From Azolla caroliniana (Eukaryota > Plantae > Polypodiophyta), in assembly GCA_043228905.1 (NCBI GenBank), contig JBHGNT010000003.1:20522001-20586000 (forward strand): a stretch of 64,000 bases of DNA. Direction: 5' to 3'. Of the stretch, positions 24,339 through 34,300 are shown one piece after another. Position 1 is the first letter of the stretch; each line of letters opens with the position of its first letter. The notes under the pieces were generated by a model. It saw only the letters and a list, made by a program, of their open reading frames with translations, searched no databases and was not told the DNA's origin. A program made the position numbers and the translations under genes.

Positions 24339-26459
24339 CTAAGTTGGTAGTCCAACCCAGCTCTTGAATGCATCTACCTGTTTCCTCCGTTCCTGTGACA
24401 TGTCAACCCTTCGTTGCGAACGATGCTTACTTGTATACAAGTCTTTGTGTAGTTGCCAATACATGTTTCTATATTTTTCTTTGTCTGCCCAGAATTTCCG
24501 CTCTTCCATTTTAGCAATTACATCCAATGCATTCTTGAAATAGCCGTATTTAACGAAAATGGTGAGAAAGCCGTTGAGCAATTCCTCAGTGAGTTGTAAA
24601 GGTGTGGATCCATCTTTTGGAGCAAGATTTTCTTTTATTTCTGCCCAAAGCAACAGTATTTCGTTTGTCTTACTGCCCACAAGAATATATCCACTGAGCA
24701 AGAAGACATATGTATGTGCATTTGCATCGAATCCTAATTGTTTCATCATTTTCACAGCTGCCTTTGCGTCGAACATCAGTTTTCCTTTACAAAATGTCTG
24801 AATCGTCCGATTCCAATGGTGCTGTTCCATCTCCACAGGGGCTGGGTCACATGCTGCTGTATTCAACAGTTTGAACATCATGTACGGCTTATTATGCTTC
24901 TCGAAAAAGGACAAAAGCTTATCCAGGATTGACTCCAGAGGGGAAACCCCCACGCGTTTCATTTCTCGGAAGATGCGTTGTGCACTGTCATAGTCTCCTA
25001 GGAGGCAGTACGCGTCTATGACACACTCATACAGCCCAACACCCAGAATATGCCCTACTCTACGTGCATCGTGCAGCACAGCTTCAGCCTTCAGTGGCTG
25101 GGGTAGCTTACAGTATGCTTCCACGAGCTTGGCATACGACACACTATCAGCTGGTGTGCTCTCCACAGCCAGCGCTTCGAGCACATAATTTGTTTCATCT
25201 CTGAGTCCAAGCTTCAGCACACCCTCAATGGCTAACCAACAAGGAATGTACTCATAGTTTTCCGCACAATAGAGCTTTGAAAGAAACTTGGCTGCATCTG
25301 TAAACCGATTCTTCTGCAAGAAGCCCTTCAATAAGAGGGTATATGTGTCGGCACAGGGAGGCTCCAAATCTCCTTTCCATTCTCGGATGGAATTGTGAAT
25401 ATCATCTTCGCTTCTTCTTTCAACTGAATCTCCTCTCGTGTGATGATTACTTTTCGCAGACCAGGAAAGGACCACGTCTGCAGCTATATCTATCTCCCCT
25501 AGGTTGATGCAGGATTTGAGCAAGCTATTGAGTGTGGCTCGATCTGGGACCTTCTGTGCTGCCTTCATTCGAACCAGCACTTTGCTCAGATGTTCAATCT
25601 GACCTCCCTTTTCATATGCCTTCATCAACAAGCAGAAACATGCATTGTTGGGTGAGAGGGAAAAGCGGACCATTTTTGTGAGTACTTCCTCTGCCTTCTG
25701 TGCATCCCCGAGCTTTGCACATGCTCTCAAGGCAATAATACATGCCTCCATATCCGGCTTCACCAATGCATCCCGGCTATAACTCATCGACGCATGCTTC
25801 TGAGTTGAAACTGTAATACAATGCCGGCATATCTCAAAGAAGACCTTCACTGCGTAGATCGCACCGCGCGTGTTGTGGACCCACAATTCCAAGAGTGACT
25901 TCCAAAACTCTAAGGGAGGGTAGTGGTGCTTCTGCTGCAGCATGAGGCGGAACGCATGTGCAGAGAGCTCGAACATGGCGGCCTTGGCATAGGCCATGGA
26001 GAGAGCAGCGAGTGCGCTCCCATCCAGGCACCCTAGTTTGTCATCCCGATTGAGGCGCGAGAGCAGTTTGTGGGCGCGGAGGAGGCACAAGGCATCACCA
26101 GAAGCCGATAAGAGAGAGAGGGCTCTGGCTATCACATTCTTCTCTTCTTGGCCAGTACCAGTGCAATTGGCAGTGGCCGAGTAGAGATCAACCCCAGCCT
26201 TCTTCAGCTTTTGCAGAGAACGCCATGTTTCCTCCGGGTCTTTCTCTTCCACCGATTTTACCAGTCGCTGGGTGAGGAACTTGGGGTCCATCATGAACAG
26301 GGGCTTATTAGACTCGTCGCCCATGTGATCCTCTGCTGCCACACATTCTGCACTCAAAGAAAACGGAGCAGGAGCAGGAGCAGAGACGGGGTGGAGATGA
26401 AAGGCGGTGGTGAGGGGCCTCCTGGCGATTAGCAGGGCCTTCCTGCCAACGACGATCAT
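24339..26459 (-). CDS. Intronless P-class pentatricopeptide repeat protein, At1g03100/At4g17616/At1g69290-like, probably organellar (mitochondrial)
   Basis: Uninterrupted ORF with many PPR motifs (e.g. PDMEACIIALRACAKLGDAQKAEEV, YECVIDAYCLLGDYDSAQRIFREMKRVGVSP) and the family-type C-terminus GYF..ALDV...ME.....DKEKY...Y..LHK.LY...AFKSWVGL. ATG 26459 opens an Arg-rich, acid-free presequence-like segment. An in-frame upstream ATG exists at 26591. Confidence 0.9.
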   Translation of the reverse strand: MIVVGRKALLIARRPLTTAFHLHPVSAPAPAPFSLSAECVAAEDHMGDESNKPLFMMDPKFLTQRLVKSVEEKDPEETWRSLQKLKKAGVDLYSATANCTGTGQEEKNVIARALSLLSASGDALCLLRAHKLLSRLNRDDKLGCLDGSALAALSMAYAKAAMFELSAHAFRLMLQQKHHYPPLEFWKSLLELWVHNTRGAIYAVKVFFEICRHCITVSTQKHASMSYSRDALVKPDMEACIIALRACAKLGDAQKAEEVLTKMVRFSLSPNNACFCLLMKAYEKGGQIEHLSKVLVRMKAAQKVPDRATLNSLLKSCINLGEIDIAADVVLSWSAKSNHHTRGDSVERRSEDDIHNSIREWKGDLEPPCADTYTLLLKGFLQKNRFTDAAKFLSKLYCAENYEYIPCWLAIEGVLKLGLRDETNYVLEALAVESTPADSVSYAKLVEAYCKLPQPLKAEAVLHDARRVGHILGVGLYECVIDAYCLLGDYDSAQRIFREMKRVGVSPLESILDKLLSFFEKHNKPYMMFKLLNTAACDPAPVEMEQHHWNRTIQTFCKGKLMFDAKAAVKMMKQLGFDANAHTYVFLLSGYILVGSKTNEILLLWAEIKENLAPKDGSTPLQLTEELLNGFLTIFVKYGYFKNALDVIAKMEERKFWADKEKYRNMYWQLHKDLYTSKHRSQRRVDMSQERRKQVDAFKSWVGLPT

Positions 26460-26588
26460 CGTCGTCGTATGCAGATTCCTTCCTTCCTCTGCAGAAAATG
26501 GAGGAAAACCCCCTCCTTTAACACCCTGCTCTAGCCATGGCCATGGCCCATCTGGAGGAAAAACCCCTCTGTAAAACCCTCTGCTAGC

Positions 26589-26785
26589 CATGGACTCGGC
26601 AACGGCTCGGCTCAAGACTAGCGGTTCGGTTTAGTTCGGTTTAGGCTTGAGTTTCCTTAGCCGGCTCGAGGTCGTTTTGGGATGGCTCACCGGTTACCAA
26701 GCCGGTTTAGACTTAATCGGCTTAGCTAAATCGGTTCCTAAACCGGTTTGGTGGTTAAACCTAAACTGAACCGTTGTCGACCCTG
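26589..26785. mobile_element. Short hAT-MITE-like relic immediately upstream of the PPR gene
   Basis: Imperfect TIRs (tcggcaacggctcgg / ctgaaccgttgtcga). Shares the end aaactgaaccgttgt with the 16563-17534 element and has many CGGTT/AACCG motifs. No clean TSD. Confidence 0.65.
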
Positions 26786-27639
26786 GCCCATGGGCATAGC
26801 CTATCTATCCCCGTCCGTGTGTCCGCCTGCCCAACTCGAGGATCCTTCCGATCAAGCAAAGGATCATGGAATGCCATGTCTCGATCCCCGTGACTTCAAC
26901 ATGTTCATGCTACGTTTCTCCTATACGTTTACTGCTTTTGTTCAACTTGTCGTTGTGCACCAACCAAAGGACTCGAACATGTGACCATTTGGATCAAACC
27001 AACGACCTTAACCATGGGCTCTTATTTACGTTGTCACTGGTTTGTAAATGTGTGTGGGGTCCTCGATCTTGTTATTGTCTCGAATCTTCTCATCGTGTGG
27101 TGATCTTGATGCATCTGTGTTGGTTCTACTCAACATACATGCATCTCGGCTCCTTGATATACAAATAAATAGAGGGGGCTCTTTGAAGGGGAGAGACATG
27201 GAAGGCATGTTCCGCTTTTTATTTGTATTTTTTGTTTCGCTTACCGTGATAACTATTTATTGTTGACAACTTGACATCATCTCTTTTTCTCCCCCTTGAC
27301 ATTAGTGATATCTTTGATTGGGGTAGATCAACAATACACAATTCGAGCCTAATAAATATTTCCAATCGTTGAAATGTCTTATCTCTCGATATTTGCTTAT
27401 GACATCCTTGAGTTAATCTTATGGATTATCCCATCTATTGTATTAACTTATCAACCACTCTTTATTGGCCATTGTGTAAAGGTTTATTGGTGCATCTTTC
27501 ATATCAATAAAACACATTCATTTGTACATTATGTATTGGGTTGTGTAGGTGTCTTGCTAGTTTTCACACCTTCATTGCGACATGTCTTTATTGATTATGA
27601 TTGTTGTGAATGGATTCAATTAGAGACACTAGAGTAGTG

Positions 27640-30250
27640 AATGGAATCATCACTTGTGCCCCAACGCCTCGTCTCACATCGCAATGCATGTGAGCTAAGT
27701 CGCATGGAATCAATGGTTTGAATGGCAAATAACGGGATGGGCTCTAACATGTATCGATGTGTACGGTTTCCCTGTTCCACAAAGAATATGGTTTTGTAGT
27801 TATATGCAACATGTGTAGTATAATGTGTGAAGTGTGAGCCTCCACGTTTGTCCCATGTCATGATACATTGGCATTGCCAAAAGTCCTCGTTTATAGAGGA
27901 ATGTAATTGTGATGCATCATGAAGCAAATCTGTTGCATCCCATCTGCTGAACCACTTTTTCATATCTTACATCCAATTGAAACACAAAAAATTGCTTTTA
28001 TGTGTCTTTTGGATCTTTTTGCTTGCTTCCCATGAAATTCTAGGAAGTTGATGTGAGAAACTTTTTTGAACCTTAAGCATGTATTCAACAACCCTTTCAA
28101 TGGTCATGATCTCAATGGGAAGCGATCCCATCTCAAGGAGGATGAGGGTGTAGGGCTTTTGTTTCTTAACTTGTAGAAACTTTATAAGAAAATGTTTAGG
28201 CGATTTCTTCACACATTCTTCCTTTACAAACTTGGTAACCATTTCTTCTAATTCATCAATGCATAGACCAAATATTGTTGGTGAGAGTGGGCACCTTGGC
28301 TTAACGCCAATAGTGTTATTGAAATTTTTTGAAAGTCTATCTCTCATATGCACGCAACATATAACCTTCTCATATATTCACTTAACACCTCAAGTTCTTT
28401 CATTTGCCTCCAAATATGCTCACGAGGTACCATATCAAAAGCTTTGTCAAAATCTACAAAGCAACAATATAAACCTTTACCTCTAAGGTGGCTTTTCTCC
28501 ATTAATACTCAAAGGGTAACAAATGATTAATGGTGCTATGGTGTTTTCGAAAGCCAGCTTGTCCATAAGTTCTCTTACCATTTTTTTCAGCCCATACACT
28601 TATCTTTGATCCCACTATACATCCAAATAGTTTCGCCATTAATGAGCCAACCATGATGGTTTGATTGTTGTTTACATCTCCACTTTTATGTAAAGGTCTG
28701 ATCTAATTTGTAGTCCAATCATACGACATACCATGTTGCAATGCATGATTAAACATATCGTTTATCTATACATGTGTTTCCTTTCCCGTCCATTTGAGCA
28801 TTTCAGCCTTTATACATTGAAGATCGCTTGCCTTTTGAGAGGCCAAATTCTTAAGTCCTATGCATATATCTTCAATTGTAAAAAAGGGAGACATATGTGA
28901 AAGAGAATCATAACACATCATTTTTCCGGCAAGAGATAACTCATATAAATTCTTACAATGCATAAACAAGTCGTGAAGAGTTAAGTCACCATAACTCTCA
29001 ACACGTGTCCCCTTTAGATTTCCCCAAAATTTAGCACATGCACGTGCTTTCTCTTGCGTGTGGAGAATTTGTTGAGTAACTTCCGATATTCTTCTCTTTC
29101 TTTGAATAAGCCTTTTATACTCGTGCAAATGCTTTTGGTGATTTTCTTTATCCTTAACTACATCCAAAACCATAAGGCACTTTCAAGCTTCACGACATTC
29201 GTTATCAAACCATTATTTCTGAAATTTCTTGGTGCATTTCCAAGATGTGCGTTTAGTTGAAAAACATTTGTTTGTACAATAGAGAATGACTTTCTTAAAA
29301 GCTTCCCATTTACATTCTAATGTGGCACCATGTTTTATATTGTTGTCATTTGTAACATATCCTCAACCATCTTAAAATACATGGGCGATCGCTTAAGGTT
29401 CATGGTCAAGCGTGGTTGTTTATTATCTTCAATGGTCTTCTCACAATCAAACCTATGCATACATTTGAGATCAATACATAAAGCCCTGTGATCGGATTTT
29501 GGTGTCCATTCACCAAGTGAGAATTTATGTATACAATCCAAAATACATTCGGAAAGTAGCAGTATGATCCACCGCTTTGTATCATCCATCATTGTGCATA
29601 CAATAGGCCTTTCTCCAGAGCGAGTAACACCATGTTTCCCAACTCGGTGTGCCCCATATACATTCACATCCGACATCCCATAATGCATGCTAAAATATTC
29701 ACCAATGGTCTTTCTGAGGGATGCGGGTGTTTCCATACTCTCGTCTTTAATCCCACATATGACAATGTTCTTTGATCGTCGTTCACGTTCTTTCAAATCT
29801 CAAACATCTATGCTTTCTATATTTTTCTCTTGATTCATCACATACATATTAGGTGAGTTTGATACCACATCCCCACCACATACATTGGCCCATGACTTCA
29901 TTGTACATATATTTTTCATCTCACTTACATCCCGCCTCATTGTGTCCAATTTTTCTTCTTTTAATGTTTCCTTTAACTCAATATTGTTAAGGTGCTCATT
30001 AATTTCAAAAAAATATTTCTTACATTCGTGAATCTTATCTTCATGTTTTGCAACCACTTTCTTAAGACTTTCATTCTCAATGACAACAATTTGGAGCTTA
30101 ACATTCTCTTTCATTAATGTGCTAATCTCTTCACCTTGCTTGTTTATGGTTTCTTGAAGAGAAATCAAGTGACTCATAAGCATTTTGTCTATAATTTGCA
30201 TTGGAATCAAGAATGTGTAGGTTGGAGAGAGAGAGAGAGAGAGAATGTGT
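27640..30250 (-). mobile_element. RTE-X-like LINE retaining ORF1 and an internally deleted ORF2
   Basis: ORF1 has a coiled coil followed by an L1/Tnp22-like RRM (ERERRSKNIVICGIKD...AHRVGK...RPIVC). Also endonuclease end SDH, RT GVKPRCPLSPTIF, C-terminal MRLSSHALRCETRRW. Same family as 19007-21530. Deletions near 29565 and 28205. Confidence 0.88.
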
Positions 30251-30255
30251 ATGTT

Positions 30256-30690
30256 GGTAGCATAAGATGTACAAGGAGGTTCAATGTGTCTTCGGTAAGA
30301 AACTTTATTGAAGCGAGTGAGTGGCCACATCCTACTACATGTATGCCGGTAGCATAAGATGTATGAGGAGGTTCAACGTGGCTTCTTTGGTAAGAAGAAG
30401 CTTCATTGAAGCGAGCAAGTGACCACAAACTACTACATGCATACAAAGATATATCTACACTATACATACATATATACATACTAACCTAATTATACTCCCT
30501 ACATATATGTACACTACACATACATATGTACATCCTAACCTAATTATACTCCCTACATATGTATATGTACACTATACACACATATGTATGAGGAGGTTCA
30601 ACGTGGCTTCTTTGGTAAGAAGAAGCTTCATCGAAGCGAGCAAGTGACCACATACTACTACATGCATACAGAGATATATCTACACTATAC
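30256..30690. repeat. ~90-bp monomer repeated 3x at the LINE 5' end, including a 225-bp duplication
   Basis: gatgta..aggaggttcaa.gtg.cttc..ggtaag...ttgaagcgag..agtg.ccaca..ctactacatg near 30266, 30358 and 30584. Confidence 0.8.
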
Positions 30691-31156
30691 ATACATATAT
30701 ACATACTAACCTAATTATACTCCCTACATATATGTACACTACACATACATATGTACATCCTAACCTAATTATACTCCCTACATATGTATATGTACACTAT
30801 ACACACATATGTACATACTAACCTAATTATACTCCCTACATATACATATGTACAGTACACATACATATGTACATCCTAACCTAATTATACTCCCTACATA
30901 TGTATATGTACACTATACACACATGTACATACTAACCTAACTATACTCCTTACATATATGTACACTATACACACATACGTACATACTAACCGAATTATAC
31001 TCCCTACATATACATATGTACATTACACATACGTATGTACATCCTAACCTAATTATACTCCCTACATATGTATATGTACATACTAACCTAATTATACTCC
31101 CTACATATACATACATATGTACACTATACATATGTATGTATGTACATACTAACCTA
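30470..31156. repeat. Minisatellite with core tacatactaacctaattatactccctacata (~35-60-bp variable units)
   Basis: The core recurs about a dozen times, separated by (TA/CA)-rich linkers, and ends ~160 bp before ATG 31314. Confidence 0.92.
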
Positions 31157-31313
31157 GGAAGGATAGAAAGAGAGAAGGCATTTTGTCTGTCTCTTCTTCT
31201 TCTGACTGTATTCGTCTCTTCTGCTACTGTCTCTCGTCTGTATATGTATGTATGTACATATCATCAAATCATCTCTATCTGTACAGATCATCTCTGTTCG
31301 AAGGAGAGGAGCG

Positions 31314-34300
31314 ATGGCGCTCATCATGAGCAGCAGCAGCAGTAGCGGCGGCGCTCGAGCTGCAGCCCTTGGAAGCAGCCTCCTCCTCTCCTCCTCCTCC
31401 TCCACTAACCTCTCCCTCCTCCTCCTCCAGCTTCTCCATCGCCGCCGATGCTCCTGCTCCCCCCTTCGCCCCACCCGCCATGGCCTCTTCCTCCTCCCCA
31501 GACACCATTTCCTTCTCCCTCCCCCCGGAAAGATCTCTCGCACTCCATCTGCACCACCAGCATACAGCACTCTCGGGGCGTTGCATTCTGCCACACCTCT
31601 TCCCCGTCCACCTCCTGCATCCTCAACCTCATCCTCATCCTCATCGTCCATCACGACACCTCAGGAGTCTGTGCTCCTCTCATCTAAAGGTCTGTCTCTC
31701 TCTCTCGTTCATCTGAGCTTAAACATCTGTGCTCCCTCCATGCTTGGTCAGGCTGCTGGAAGAATTCTCTATCTCTTACCTGCATGCTCAATATGGTAGA
31801 ATGTTGAAGTATTCGAATCTGTTTGATCATGTCGTGTATATATCCATCCTTGTGCATACATAATAATTAACTCCGTCCAGCAGTTCTGCCCACTGTCCAT
31901 CTTTACTGCAAAATTGGCATTTTTGTCCCCTTGCTGTATGCAGAATATGCAAATGGCGATATTTTGTTCACGTTTGGTGATCCCCCCAAGCAGAGCTCAC
32001 CAGAAGATTTGGAAGAATCATTTGAGGAAACTGAAGAGACTGCAGATGTACACGATGATATTAAAGTAGAAGATGAGGGAGTGCAGGATGTCAGACCTGA
32101 TGAAGATGAAGGCCTGCAAGGTGCCGTGACAGATATAAATGTTGAAAAACCAACATCCATTAAGAATGCAAGGTCGGAATTCCAAACAGATTCCTCATCG
32201 CCTGAGGATGGTGCATCAGGACCTGAAAACGAGGTTCTAATTCTCTGAACTTTTTGCCACAATTAAATGTCAGAATATGCTCATTGTTCGTTTGTTGATT
32301 ATGGAAGTAAAGTGTCTCAAATATCTATAAAGTGTTTGTGTGATGAGAGTCTTGCTTGAATCACTCAACGTGTGTTCTTTGAGTCTGTTCCTTGATACTA
32401 CTGCATAAATTGTAACGTCTTTAAAGATGAATGAAGTGTACTTTATGCAGCCAGTAGACATCTGTATCAAGTATCTACCTTGATTATCATCAAAACATGT
32501 ACCCTTGATTACCGTGCTCTCAGCAGCCGCATTGACTAATGTATCTTTATTTATTGTCACCAATTCAAGGAGGAGACAAATCATACATTTACGAGTGAGC
32601 TTGAGTCAGAGAAGTCATCGGAAAGGTACATTCCTTACTGTTGGGGTTCGTCTTGAAGTCTACACTTCTTCTTTATTTTAAAGTCTTATGCAGTGAAATC
32701 ATTTGATAACTCATAGATTATGAATAGAAGGAGATCGTTACAGTTAGAAACATAATTGAATAACTTTTGTGACCTAGGATTCAAAGAGATTTTAGAGAGC
32801 AATAATCTTTGGAAACTTATGAAGAAATCTACTGACATCTATTCACTCAAAAGTATGAGAGGAAAATTAGAGAGGAGTCTTTGACCAGAACAAATATGAT
32901 TTCAAATGATGATAAAAGGTAAGAAAAACCAGGGTGGTAGTTTCTCATTGATGGAACATGTCTATGTGGATAAGGTACGGAGGAGATTAGAGAGGGATAT
33001 ATGTTGCAATTTGCTCCTTTCTACCTGCCTATTTGAGGTTTGTACCTCTTGGAGAATCACCATTTTGGCCATGGTATAAAGATATAATGAGATTTTCTAG
33101 TACAGGGATATTGTACCAGCAGGGAACTCCAATGCTCCAATGCAAGAACTAGGAAAGATCAAACTACAGAATTTAATAGGAGGGGAGCCATGTATGGAGA
33201 AATTCTAGCTGCACAAGTTTGCTTAAAGTGACATGTACAAAATTAAGTGAAAGTTATGTAATGAGTCAAACATATTCTTGTGCTCAGTGGTGCTCATGAC
33301 TTAATAATATCCACTGGTTTGGCTAGATAGCCAATAAGATGTTTTAACATTCTGGAACTGCAAGGATGGAGCAAACACATATCTTACCTGATAGGTTCTC
33401 TATCCCTTGTTCCTGAAATATCTCGGTAGTAGGTTTCACTTCACTTAAGAGTTAACTGATATATTCGTCGCAAGCCAATGATATTTTACTCTCATGGAAC
33501 TCATTTGGCTATCTTGACAAAATTATAGAAGGGGTTGAAGAAATATTCTGCACAGAAATGTATGCTTTCCACTTACTACCACGAATCACCTCTCCCCCAT
33601 GGGTTGATCTACACAAAATAGCAGTTGTGATTATAAGTGTTGTGATTCAATAACATGCTTGCATTGTTAGTGGCTTTAAGGATGATAGGTATGCACGCAC
33701 TTTGATGATGCATGCCATTACTCAAGTTATGCTTACAACATGAAGTATGTTGGGGATATGAACATGTGTCGACAAATGTTGTGAATCGTGATATAAAGAC
33801 ACAATTGTAGTGTCAAGTGGCTTTTGGGAATGTACATAGAAACATGCAAGAGCTGTCTTCCAATGTGTAGTAACAAGAAGAAAATATTTCAGCCAAACTT
33901 GAAGTAGTTATGTGTAATATATTTCTAGGATGTAATTGATTCTTGCTATCATATCCCTTTCTTTTTCTTTGCTTATACATTCAAATATTCTTCGATATGC
34001 CATCTCGCCAATAATTTCTGGGTATCTTGGACCCAACCGAATGAAATAAATTTAATTTTCTAGTTTTTCTGTAGCAAGTATTGAGCTTCCCATGTGGCAT
34101 TTGTCATTTTCAAATTTTCATGTAGACTCGTCGAAGGGCACATGGGAACCTTAGTTCCATAAAGTAGGGTTTCACCAGACATTCATTGAATTCTATTGCA
34201 CTAGTCTCCCTTTTTCAAGTGGCATATGTTATAGGCATAATCTAACAAAACTGATTCATTCTATAGCTAATTTTAATTTGTTATGGGTAGGATAATCGGG

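Noticed and set aside
26817-27301. LTR-like segment with TATA-like and PPT-like motifs
   Set aside because: No TG...CA boundaries with a matching TSD were found.
31154-31716. Several overlapping ORFs in alternative frames and strands
   Set aside because: GC-rich (CCT)n-containing exon. Only the frame from ATG 31314 splices in frame to exon 2.
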